Source of the DNA: Catajapyx aquilonaris | Taxonomy: Eukaryota | Reading direction: 5' to 3' | Length of the DNA stretch: 64,000 bases | Assembly: GCA_000934665.2 (NCBI GenBank) | Contig: KZ538377.1 | Coordinates: 1-64,000 of the forward strand | Shown here: positions 10,893 through 24,000 of the stretch, one piece after another | Position numbering within the stretch: the stretch's first letter is position 1 | Layout of the letters: each line of letters begins with the position of its first letter | Translations under genes and position numbers: made by a program | Notes under the pieces: model-generated | What the model saw: the letters and a program-made list of their open reading frames with translations, nothing else | Database searches by the model: none | Told to the model about the DNA's origin: nothing

Positions 10893-13800
10893 ATAGTGTA
10901 TGCCTCATCAGGTCAATATTCCTGCCACGAAATAAAGCTAAGAAATCTTGATAACGCGAACCCCGTATCGATGATGCCAGCATCCAGCGCATTCCGAGAT
11001 GGAGGAGAAATCGGGAGCCATCTTGCAAACTATTCCCAGAATTCCTCCTTCCTTCCACCCTTCCTAATGACTTGTTAATTGCTTAATGGTTCGTGCGGTA
11101 CTTGCATACCAAACGAAACAGGCCAGAACGAAGAGCTGAGAGAAGTGTATTTATTTTTTGCACACTTTTTTTTTTAAAGCAAAACCGTTTTCGAGGGAGG
11201 CTACTAGGGTTTTGCTCTATTTTCCAACAGCAACATGGATGCATCTCGACGACAGTTCTCATTCCCTGGATGGTGGCGGCCTCATTTTTCTTGCTCTGGG
11301 CTGCGTTAGGATTTCCGACGTGATGACTCTGCTGATACTAGTAGGCTCTATTTATCTAAATCGGACCCCGGCTCAACTCGTGAGTCTCGAGGCCTGATAA
11401 GATCCGGGAAACCAGCTGCGTTGTGAATCTGGGGGGGAAAAGGAAAAGGAGGAAGAGGAGAAAGTACAGGAAAAAAAACGTGATATTGAATTAGGTGCCA
11501 GGAGAGCGGGGCGGATGTATTTATGTCCATTAGCGGCACGTAACAGCCTGGTAGTTGAAAGGGTTATCTGGAATGATGTTAAATTTTTCAACTTATGCAT
11601 TTAGTTCGGCGAAAAGTAGTTTGAGAAAATGGGAGCAGCAAGATGGGGATTACGATACGCAATGTTTTGTGCGAAAAAATTTAAAGAGCGATATTTTGTG
11701 ATGATCCGACCATGTAACATAAAACCGCACATATACTCCACATACTTGCATATAACAACAGCCGGCTTATTTTTTATTGCACTGAAGGTTCATGATAAGC
11801 GGTAGAGTAAGATCATAATAAGGCAACACTTAACAGTTATCCCCATATCCCCATAAAGCTATACTAATTTTGGTATGCAAATTTTTAAGCGCAAATAATA
11901 ATGAAACCCAGTAGTTATTCTCAACTTTTGTGGGCCGTATTGTACAATGTACAGCATGTGCGCGCATGATTTGGAGTGCGTATGGTGGGTGTTAAACTAA
12001 ATCTGCTTTGTGATAGCACTTTTCAAGGCGTTATATGTGATGCAGGCTTGGTAGGAAGAGAAAGGAGAACTAAACCAGCTTGCATTATTTTTTTTAGGAA
12101 AGCAGGTTTAATTTCTCTATGTAGGCAAGACATGTAGGTCATCCCTGAATCTATTATGCTAATATCACATGAACAATGTTTCCATTCATTGCGGTAGGAA
12201 AATATGCTGATAAACATTGGTTCTAATGCCTGCTGTGAGAATAGTCAATAATTTGAGCAGTGGCCCGCATTACAGTATTTACGTGGGGTGTGCAGTACGG
12301 TGCACAGTTCAATATTCTGGCAATGAAGTGGCATATTTTCCAATAAAATTATACCTCCACTACAACATGCCTGGATTATTATGCGAGCCCGTAGCGTATA
12401 TCCAATGGTAAACAATTTTTAAGGTGCTTGAAACCGTGATTTAACTGTAGCCCGCGCCTATCTACAGCTTCCCAATTCGGTATTCAGAGGAACATATTCC
12501 AGCAAAAAAAGCGAAGGAATATGACGCATCCCCTTGGGTACAACCGGGAAGAAAATTCCTGGGCTAAGAAACAGAAGGCAAAAAGGGAAAGAAATCCTGG
12601 GGGTAGTGGTATCCAGTATAGTGTTAGGAGGCAGCAGCTTCGGCACTTCCTCCCGGCCCCAGGGCAACAGGCTTCCCGCATTACACAGCGGCAGGCAAGT
12701 CTCTCCGGAGTTTCTACCGGTTTCCTAGGGAAAAGCCCGTAGGATCCCCGGCTAGACATGGAGAATCCNCTCCAGCCCCCCCCCCCCCATCATCCACCCT
12801 TTCACTTGGAAACTAAAGCCCGTTGCCTCCCAACTCCCCTGGCCTAATGCGCACTTTGTCCCGAGGACCGCTGTGGAAGTCGCAGATATCTAAGTCAAGT
12901 CCTACTGATGTACCTCAAGAGGCTTTGCCTTCTCGTCTCTTTACGGGGTTGTCACAAAACTGTGCTATTCCCTGATAGTCTAACGGATTAGACTAATTGG
13001 AGGGTGCGGAAAATGATGATGTGATCTATACACATATGCAATATAAGCATGTCGCCTTTTGTGAGTGACACGGGTTCATTTTAGAAAGCGAATGGCGCCA
13101 GGAAAATTGTGTTAGGTCTCTGCTCTCATATTATGAATGACGTGTTTTCTGACTCTGCGGAATGGATTTTGAACGTCACTCAGCGGTAAAGATTGGCATG
13201 TGTGTCAATTTTCATGCATTACGTTCAAACTTGTGGAAGACACATTACTCTAGAGGCTTTTCATTGTTGACGACTTGCGCATATACCTGTAAATTGATCC
13301 GGTTTACACTGGAGCAGTCGCCGCCTTGTTCGTACTTTGCGCTTGAATACATACTTCCGGATATATCAGTTTACTGCAACCTACGTTGAACAACAAGCGT
13401 ATCGGATTGCTCCTCTTTGTGCAACTATGGCTTTCAGACGCTCAACTAGTGTTGTGCAAATTATGTATACCTATAGAGGCCCCATTACAATATTCGTCTA
13501 TCTCGACCTAGCTGGTACTTGGTGAAAGTGCAGGCCGCAGAGAAACATAAGTGATATGAAGAGGAATAATTGATTCACTTGACAGGCGCTCCATTGAAGT
13601 CATGTTTGGCACGTTTGGAGAGAAACTAGATCCATTTTCATTAGGTTGCACTGGAAGCAAATCTGTCTCGTGCACTTAACTTGCTTTCCAATAATAGTCT
13701 AGCAGGACTAGAGTTGGCGTATCCTATAACCCTTTAATTTGCGACTTGTTTAGAGTAGCGAGTTAATCCTGGAGATTTGCGCCAAAATGGATTAGGGAAG

Positions 13801-16004
13801 TCAATAATCAGGCTTAGTTGAATCCCCTTGTGGGATTTTCCATATGGACTGATCGCACAGGTCGTATCTGGATGGCCAGCGGGGTTTTGGAAAGGTGATT
13901 GGAATAACAGACTATCATTAGCGGATTTGCTTATTAGGCCAATTGAGGTGTTAGAGAGAACTGATGGGATTGGCATTATCCGACGGAAAATTGCTGCGGT
14001 GCAAATTAACGAATTGGCCGGATTATTCTTGCGAACCCCTGTAGTGTATATACAGTCCTGGTCAAAAATATTTATTCAGTACTTTTCCCTGTGGTTGTTG
14101 TATCTTTTTTCCCCTGGATTTCCTCTGATGGAGCCTCTAGTTGGGGGGAAAATCAAAGGACAGGCCAAATTGTGATTAATAGCCCTTTTTGCCCATCTGA
14201 CGTGGCCTAATATTGCTAAATGACCTGTTCGTGATTGATTATGCTGCGTCTTGCTGTAAGAAAAACACCCTAAATAATTAACACCGAGTTCGACATTCAG
14301 TCCTATCGCCGAATAATTTATTACCGAAATTAAGATTTTCAGCAAGCTTTACGCCAACGCTGCTAGTCTGTAATTAGACTGTACCTATCCGCATGGTTGG
14401 TCTAATGTAGCTGATGTACCGGTATGTCTGTGATAAAATTGGCCATCACACTGGCAGCACTACGGGCTTACCTTACTGGGTGTAGAGAGAAGGAAGAGAG
14501 AGAGAGAGAAAAATGATCCGCAAAGCACTGCTCTAGCCCTGTAAGAAAGTGTGGTCATAATTTAATAATCCGGGGCCGTCTTGGTTGGCAGTCACGAGTC
14601 TCCGGGGTCAGACATGAACCCGGATGGAACGCGCTCTTACACTTTTCCGTCATTCCGGGCTCCTACAACCCGACCCAGAAATTCCCCCCGATATTATTAT
14701 GGTGATGACGCCATCTACTCCCAAGACTTCATAAAGTCGACGCTTTCTTCCCCTGGAAATTGAAGCAAAGGTAATGAACCTGAGGAGTGTATGTGTGGGC
14801 TAGGTGAGGAAGGAAAACTGCTCACCACAGGGCTGGAGACTTGATATATTCGACCCTGATGAGCTTAAATTTGGGAGAAAACATGAAAATAAAGAAGTTT
14901 TCTGATTTAAGTGCAGAAGGTTAATTTAAATTTAATATATCGTAAAGAGTGGTTGATTTCCGTTGACAGAATAGTGGGAATAAAGTACTGCTGTATTATT
15001 AACCATTATCTTCCCATAAGTAATTGCTTCACCTGTCATTATACAAGACTAGTGCGCTAATTCTGATATCATGGAAACTCTCACAGAACCAGGGAAAGCG
15101 TGGTAAGTCTATATTGGATAATGTACCTATAGGATCATTACTTTATAATCCCAGCTCTACCGTACAGTACTGCACACTTGTCCAGCAGCCTAAACGTGTC
15201 TATTCATAATGTAGGTACGTAGGCTTTGCTTCTGTGTAGCATGAAGCATTAGGAATAGAGTTATCTATAGGTAATAAGGCAGAGCCCCGTGTTTTGATTA
15301 CTTTTCACTTAGCTCATTACTCAATTTTTCAACTGAGAGCATTCATTATTACTGGATGAATGCATCTAGCGGAGACAACAAATCCGGGTAGGTAGGCTTT
15401 GATGTTTTATACGCGATATTTACTGGAGATAAATTCAGCTTCTAAATTCCGCATTATGCATTGAATCCATCTTTGGTTCCAGCAGTGTCCAATCAGGCCT
15501 GGAAATATGACTCAATCGTGTTAAATTAGAAATTAGAACAAGTTCATCATGAATGCAATGGTCAGCATCACAGCACTCCAAAAAAATTAAATAAGAAAAT
15601 TTTATGAAGAGCTGTTATACTATGCCTACTTTACACAAGGAGTATTCTGCCTGCGTGTAATTTTAGTAATATCCGTAAAAAAAATAACAGCGCCAAAAGT
15701 TTAAAAAAAAAATAGCAAAGAGATTACTTTACGGAGCTGGTGGTTTATTCCAGTGGTTAAATTCCGAGAATTTAGGCCACGCATGTTTTTCATTTAATGA
15801 AATAAGCGCAATCATAACGAAGCATTCTGATCAATGCAATTTATTCCGAAGGTAGCCTTGCATCCCAGCATTTGCATAAAGTACAAACATAACGCCATAG
15901 TGCACGTAATTACGAATTAGAGTGCAAAGTATTGCACGTGCAGTAAATAAATTCCTGGCCGAATAATTTGATTCACTGGCTTCCAGTTCCACATATACAG
16001 TATA

Positions 16005-16007
<3 letters not shown>

Positions 16008-16063
<56 letters not shown>
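16008..16063. repeat. (AG)28 microsatellite
   Basis: Perfect dinucleotide run. Confidence 0.98.
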
Positions 16064-16064
<1 letters not shown>

Positions 16065-17838
16065 ACTGCATGTAAATTAAGGACTGTACATATTTCTGTT
16101 TGATGTTCATTAGCTCATTCTACAATATTTCCATCACACGCCATGCGATTGTTTTACGCATGGCAAATGCAACTAATAATGTCAGTTTAATATCAACGCA
16201 AGAGCAACAAATAGAGTCGAGCACTGCATGTAATCCATGTCAAGTGCGCAAGTTTCATGTAATTTGAACTGAGTAATTACGCATAAATTATGAACACCCG
16301 AGTGCATTTCCGCCCTTTTTTGCTCAAGAAGCTCCCAACTTTTTTGACATTTTTTGGTGGGTGATTTTGTGATTTTTGTCGCTTATTCTTGGTCCCACAG
16401 CCCCTGTGCAAGTGAGGCTATAACCAGCCTCACTCGTTAGTCGCCTGATAGTTCTTGGCCCTGGGTGTTTACTCCTCTTTGATAGACCATTCCGCGTCAA
16501 CGGTCCAGACTGTAAATCACATGTTCTGCTCCCCGCCTAATCAAGGACCCCCGCTACAATTTCCCCTCTCCATAGCCTTTAGGAGACATTAGGGGGCTAT
16601 CGGCAGAGCATCAAGACCACCTCACACACGCATCTGGAAAAAAAAAAAACGCCTATTTTTTACCTTCATAACCAGTTATATACAACCCGACATTAGCAGT
16701 TCTGCTCGTGACAATTTTGGATCGGGGGGAAAATATTGTGCCGGAAATTGAACTGGAGGCAATGCGAACTCATTAGTGCAACCCGCACATTACATATTGA
16801 TATAAGCAAATGCTAAATGGCAAGTGCAATAATCAAAACCGCGTTAGGTCGGATGGGTCGGAAGCAGAGTTTATAACTCATTCGACTAATAATTTAGAAA
16901 ACGCCTAGCTCTCTCCCTCGCCAATCCCCAGAGTTATTGTTCTCCTGTTGTTATTGAGTGGTGGCAACCATTGTGAACGCAGGTTAACCGTGATGGCCCG
17001 GAAATATTACCTTTGAAAGTGTCCTTTTCTAGACTCCCCCCGAGACCCATTGGTGCTTTAATTGTGCCCGCTGGCACCTGAATGGAGCCATTAAAACTTG
17101 AGAGAGTGCGAATGACACTTTTTTTTTTTTTGCCAACCCCCCCTCAACAATCCGCCCCCTCATGCTGTGAAAGACAATTGGCACTCATCAAAAGCTCCAA
17201 ATGTCACCACTCCCAAAAAAAAATTAAACTGCAGTTAGCAAAAATCGATTATGCAATCGCCATTTGGTAATGAGCGCTTTTTTATTATATATAATCCGAT
17301 TGATCTTTAGATCGTAATAAAAAAGGGCGGCAAAAATTGAGGTAATGTCGTAACGATTGCGACCGACGCCAACTGAGTTAGTTCAGCAAGCGTCCTGGAG
17401 ATGGCGGGAGAGTCCGGGGCATGGGAGCCCTCTCATTGGATATTCCGGGCGCCTCTTCCCGGATCGGATGCTGCATTTCAGCGCCGCCGGTGATAAATCG
17501 TGCCCGGCCGGGCCTGAAGGTTAGTTTATTGGCCTGAAATTTGGGCCGGATATTTATGGGAGGGTGAGAAGAAGAAGAAAAAAAAATTCGCGGACTTCCT
17601 CTTAGCCAGACATTTTAGCCATTAAGAAAAAGGCGGGCGCTAATTTGAGCGTGATGAGGTTTATTGAGAGTGTGATGCTACATTTGGCATCACAGATTTG
17701 TGCAATTTTTAAGCACTTGATGCTTCAGAACTTTCTATAAATACTGAATAAACAGGTTTTAAAATAATTTACGGTATTATCAGTCTTGAAAGTTCATTGT
17801 CAATTAAACCAATAAATATAGTCGACTTGCATTTCAAA

Positions 17839-18016
17839 CGTGGGGACTCTAAAGTCTGAATACATAAGTAATATTGGATTGTATTGTTGGTTTCCAGTTG
17901 TGTCATCTGGCAGATTGTTGGCAGTCAGTAAAGGTTGAGCTGACACAGTTGGCACAACTGAACACCAACAATGCAATCCAATTACCTATATATCCATATT
18001 TTAGAGTCACCCTGTA
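17839..18016. mobile_element. Fold-back MITE with ~65-bp imperfect inverted arms and a Tc1/mariner-like CACCCTG-TA end
   Basis: gggactctaaagtctgaatacataagtaatattggattgtattgttggtttccagttgtgtcatctg is inverted relative to cagttggcacaactgaacaccaacaatgcaatccaattacctatatatccatattttagagtcaccctgta. Confidence 0.75.
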
Positions 18017-21000
18017 CATGTCTTATAATAATTGTTTGCTAGTGATCCTTTAAACTATTGAATTAACGTTTCAGTTTTCTTTGCAATTTTGTTATGTTAA
18101 AAATTTATTAGCATCATTTAGTAGTTCATAGCTGCTACTGGTTTTTTGAGCCAGCTCCTGCGCACCGTGTGACAAACCCGGCCAAATTCCACATCAAGTT
18201 TAAACATTTTTTAATGCATCGATTGAACCCGAGTGCGCCTGTAAGCCTGCAGCAAACAAGCATGCAAAATTTAGTGTACGGGTGGACGAACCTTCATTCG
18301 AAAATATTTGATGTTATTCTACGAGTAACTGCCGTGGTTATTTTATAAATGCAAGTCGACTGTACAGTGATTTTTGCCCACAACCTCAGTACTTCCACGA
18401 TAATTATATTTAATCACACTTGGTACGTGTGACTGTATACAGTTGGACTGAATCAATGCTCATCAGAGTTTCACACTATTCAGGGATAATCGCGTCTGAG
18501 TCTAATTAGCACGTACGAGTTCCTCTGACTCGAATGTACAGTCGTGTGTATACATGTAGTTGAAGGAGTCTGACGACGTCTGTCCGTGGCCTGGGCTGTT
18601 TGGGCCACTTCCAACTGTAGAGCCTGGGTACGTCTCTTGGCTGGAAAGGACGCGAGGGATTACAAGGGACCGTGAATCACAAATCTCATTACGCGTCTAC
18701 CTTAACCTGGTCGCCTTCTCTCCTATCCCAGTACTGGAAGCCTAATTAGTAACCCTCCACGCTGGCTGTCCCTTCCTTAAACGACCGCTTAACTCATTTA
18801 TGGGCATTATAATCTTATTTTCTCTGAGAGATGGTCTCCGGAGAGGAGTCATACGCAGAGAAAGTGGCCTTTTCCACATTGTTCGCATTGGCACGGCTTT
18901 TCCTAGAAACGGAAAGAGCAGGGGGGAAGGGGGATAGGGTCATAATACTGTAATAATAATGCGCTGCTGTGCCATAAAGGAAGCGTGGGGTTTAGATTAA
19001 AGTGCAGTGTGGGTCCAACATGGGTCTTTAAGTAATGAACAAATCTGGCAGGCTTTGTACTCGTTGCCACAATTGGCACGTACAGTGTCGTCTTACTTTG
19101 AGTTGGGCCTGACTCATCAGGGATGACACATTAGCATAATTAGATATTGCATCTTAATCATACTTACTGTTAGTATAATGGTGGAGACAGATGTCCTTCG
19201 TTCTGATGGCTATAAACTGATAGCTTATAATTTTTTGACTATTACTTCCACATAGGTTGTCAAAGACTTTGGCGGACAGTGCATTATGGTGTCGTATTTG
19301 GTGGCGTATTTAGTGGCTTTTCTCGCTCACCTGTATGGCGGTTAATTGAAGTGCGATGGAGTTTTATGGATGTTAATGAACTTTCGGATATAATTTGGGT
19401 CCTTCCCATGATTTGATGGGAGTTCAAAGGCCATGATGTCCGTGATTCAGTAAATATTTCCACGAAGAACCTATGTTGTGAAATGCATTTTTGTGGATGA
19501 TCGAGTTTCAAAGCAGCAGGACATTCGTGGCGTTATTTTATCGCAATATTTTTCAAGCGCCAATATAATGCAAAAAAAAATCCAGGTACTGGTAATCACC
19601 AATCAGGTAAATAAGTGTTTGGTGCACTCACATAAGGCAATTTGCAATCAGGTAAATTAGTAGAGTGCGGTTCATGGAAGGATAATCGTTAAGCCGCATT
19701 GCCCCAGTAGAGTTTGTACCCTTTAAAGGGTGGGGTTGAGGGGGGAAGTGAATGTGCAAATGAACCCAAATGAATTCGCCCGAATAAAGCCAAACCTCCG
19801 GAACTCCCTTGGCTGCCGTCTGTCATGAAGCCACGCGACGCTGTTGACGTAGACAACACGACAGTCGTTATCCTCTCCCCGTTTCCATTCTCTTCCTGCC
19901 CCAGAAAATGAGCTAACAACCGAAATTTGTCGAGCTGGAAATGATAAAGTCTTCTCTTGCACTGGGGTTGCACAGACCTTGTTTTTCGCACGAGAACGCA
20001 AAAAAAATGCAGACCAGTCCTATAAGATTTGCGAATGTAGGGCGTATATGCAACTGACATCTGTTGATGGTGTGTCCAACTTTTATGTTGCAAACGCCAA
20101 TTGCCGTTTTTGGTATACATATTGCATACGGCTCTACATTTTGCAAAGCCTACTTGTGCACCTGGCTGAATAGCAATTTCATGTCCCCACTTAACACCGC
20201 ATCATAACACTAACGTGCCAAAGTTTATGGCCGTCCTTTTTTTTATTGCCTTACGCATATTTACTGAGCTTACCGAAAAAATGCTGAACATTGCATGCAA
20301 AAATCCTGCATGAAATATTTGCGAATGCTATTCTGGTGGCATTCTGCCGCGGCTTTTGCGGCTTAATGTTTTGAGCCCGTCATTAAATCATTGCATTCGC
20401 AAGTACCCCCGCAAAAATGCTTCAACTATTTACAATGCGGGTACCGGCTTGTATGACAATGAACTTGTTTTTTTTAGTCTCCCCCCCCCCCTTGGACAAT
20501 TTTCCGATATGAAGTTTGAAGCATATTCCTTGCAAAGTGCATCCATATGCAGTAACAGGTCTGAAAGTTTAAAGTGAGGGCAGAGGGTGCAATCTGGCCT
20601 TTCTGGTGCATTATGGGAGGCAACACGCGGTGGGAAGGAAAGATGGCGAGGCTTCCGCATTGCAGATTCGTCCGTGCCTAGATTGTCTAATGCTCTCTTT
20701 ATCGCCACTTGCCGCTTTGACACTTTAATGATTCCCACCAACGCTCCGACCTCCTTTTTTTTCCTTTACCGTCTGCGTTTCATGGGTCGCATCTTGTTCG
20801 GATGTGCCCCGCGATTCGCGTGTTCTCTGCGTGCGAGATGCGGTTTTTCTCACTTTTATTGGAGGCTTGAGACGTTTAAAGCCGGGCTATCAGAGCGTCA
20901 GATGTTTGGCCACCAGTCAGCTTGTGTTGGTCTTAGCTGCATGGCTTTGCAGTGACCGCACTAAATACTGTCCGTATTGTGGCCCTGCCAGGCACGGTAC

Positions 21001-24000
21001 GTCGCATGGCGTGATTTTTTTCAAACAGGTCCAGAATACAGTTACAAGTAATTTTAAAAAATTACTTCAAGCAGCAAAAATATTGCGATAAGTTCAGTTG
21101 GTCTTTGCAATATTGTGATAGTTCAATCCCATCTGTTATTCACGACAAAAGACGAAAGTTTCCCCCCCTTTAAGGTCCCTCACCCCCAGGGGTCTTCCAC
21201 CCCCATCTTCACAAGGGGGGAGCTTCGGGCAGGCAATAACGATTAAGCGAGGCGACGGGAGAGAAAACCGCTTGAACATTTGCCGCCTCCCGGACTCATC
21301 GCGCTCTGCAAAATACCTCAAGGGGGTGTAACCTCCTAAGAAAAAGAGAGAGAGAAAAAAAATTGAAGCAAAACTTGGATCGGGCCAAACTGAAATTGCA
21401 AAAAAAGAAATTAAGGTCGATTTGAGGTTGGCGACTATTAGATGCATCCGGCGGGGATGAATTTTTAATTGCGATTCTTTGACAGTCCTGGTGCGTCCGT
21501 TTCTCAAGCTAGAACGGAGCGAAATAATGGATGGAAAAGGGTAATTATTCGGGACTTTTTTTCCCCCGAGGAATTTTGAGCGGTGGTATGTCGCATTTTG
21601 AGTTGAGACCGTCGGATTTGTGTGGGGTGGGGGAAAAAATGGACGCTTCTTTTTTATAGTCTTGTTTTAATAGAGCCTGCTGTTCGTGCACCTGCCAGTT
21701 CGGAAAAGTTTAGAAAGAATTATGCCATCAACTTTGGGACAGCCCAGGAAGCGCCTGATGAAGGACTAATGAATAGAAGACAGACGCCTTTTTTTGTGCC
21801 GAGTTTGAAACTTGAAGCGCGCCCAGCAGTCGACCTATACCTGCCTAGGATACAAGGCATTGTTATACGCACTAATGGAGGAAATTATTAAAGACTCGAG
21901 AGTTAAAGGTGGCCTCTCTGGTGGTAAAACAGCATAATCACAGATATTGCGTGTTATTTGTGTATTTATTTATATTTATATATTTACTTACCAAACAGAA
22001 TGATTATGCACGTAAGAGATTAGACGTATAAATTGTCATTTGAAACATACTCGTATGTAACATTATTACTTGTACGTCATGTCTATAGTGAATATTATCG
22101 TTTCGTGAGCGAGTGTCTCCCTACTAAATGAATAATATGCAAATAAATATTTACGTACCAAATATGGCGTGAGGATGTGTGCATCCTTGGCTAGTTTGTT
22201 GCATACGTCTCAGCCTTCAGTTTTCTGTAAACATGATTAAAAGCCAAATAGCTGTCCGTCAGTGCACGCATTGTTAACGATGCGGCTTTAATACGCAATA
22301 ATGTGATATCGTCCAGCTTGTTCATTCTGAGGCTACTGAGAGCACCGCATAATAACTTTTTGAGCAACATTTCGGGCTAAAAATTATGAGCCGTACGCAC
22401 GTTAAACCAAAAATTCTTGGCATTCATTTCCAGTTACATCCATTCCCTGACACGCTGCCTTCCTCCTAAACACATTACGTCCCTCCATTTTCCTCAGGGG
22501 ATGGCGGCCGGGTTTCGCAAAAAAAAATAGTAAATGTGGTCACAGCATCCTCATATTCTGTGGGCACCATCTTTTCCAGCCTTTATTCGCGAAACGGGGG
22601 GGGATCCAGACTAGGTTATATCTCGTACAGGAAGGAAAACCCGGCTTTCCAAGTGAATCTCTGGGCCGTCGTGTAGTAGAAGCCATAATTCCTGGGCCTA
22701 AATGTAGCCCATCAGCACAGATGATTACTTGATCCTTTTATGGGGGTTTATGTGAACGCTGCGGATTAAGGTGGTTTCCTGCCTTCGCTCGGGTTTGCTA
22801 CCAAGAAGGGGGTTTTTTTTTCCTTGGTTGGGTGAAAGAGAAAGTATGGGCCTGTTTTTTTGCTGCTCATAACCAACGTTGGGGCTAGATATTGGGTTGG
22901 ATTTTTTTTAAAAAGGAATAAAAGGAACGGATGAGCTTTCTAGTTAATGGCGTGTACACTATATAGAACATTAGGCAAAAGCTATTGTTTTATTACATAT
23001 GAAACGTGCGGTTGATCATACAATATTATCATAATTGTGTTTTGAAAATTAGCTCGTTTGTTGTTATATTAATTCTTATTCGAATAGAAAACACATTAAT
23101 TCGGAGTTGTTAAAAATTTCGCAATGTGCAGTTATAATTGCATCAACATTTATGGGTGGATGACAGCCACTAAAATTCTGTCGCTGCAACTGTCATGCTA
23201 TGCCGAATCTATTTGGCTCAACGTACATCAAAAAAGTCCCTAATTTAACCGATCCGATACGTCAGTGTTTTATCGAAACACGGAACTTTCATCTTCAATA
23301 TTCCAATACTGATTACCCTACATTCCGCGCTGTTTTTTTCCGCCACCAAATAGATGATAGTGTCATAATCGTCACTTATCGGAACTTGAAGCCCACTTCA
23401 CACCCAATCAATTTCCGCGGGACATCGAAGCCATAATCGCCCATTTTGGCTCAAACTTACTGGTCAATGCCCCCCCCCCCCCTCTAACATTTTTATTTTC
23501 TCGACACAAGTATTCTCCATGAGCCTTAACCCTTTTGATGATATACTACCATGTCCTTCCTCTTTATCTTCCGTCCGAGATGTGGGAGGACCCCTCCATG
23601 ATTTTCAACTTTTTTTTTCTCTCTCCTATAAAAAGCAGTCTCCCTTTGTGAGAACGGCATTCATCACCGATGTTTGTCGCGGATTGCGGGGAACCCCCGT
23701 TTGAGTAGAAGCGAACTTGGGGAAACTGCAACGGAGAATAAAGGTGATATAGTGGCCTCCAGACTCGTCCTTTTCCGCCACCTTCTAACGGGAGAAGTCC
23801 TTCCCTGGCAATTTTTAGGAGAAACCTCGGGTATTGGTACGAGATAGACATTATTCCACAGTTTTTTTTTGTTGTTGTTGTAAGCTTTACAAACTGACAT
23901 GGGGGCCTTTCAGCTTGATTCGACCACAAATTTTTTTTATCGTGGGACGGGAGAGAATAAATATGTCTGAGTTGCCGCGCCAACACTGCAGATTGTGTCT

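Noticed and set aside
16061..16233. 15-bp direct repeat gagcactgcatgtaa as a possible target-site duplication
   Set aside because: The enclosed 143 bp has no SINE or TIR features and no second copy in the window.
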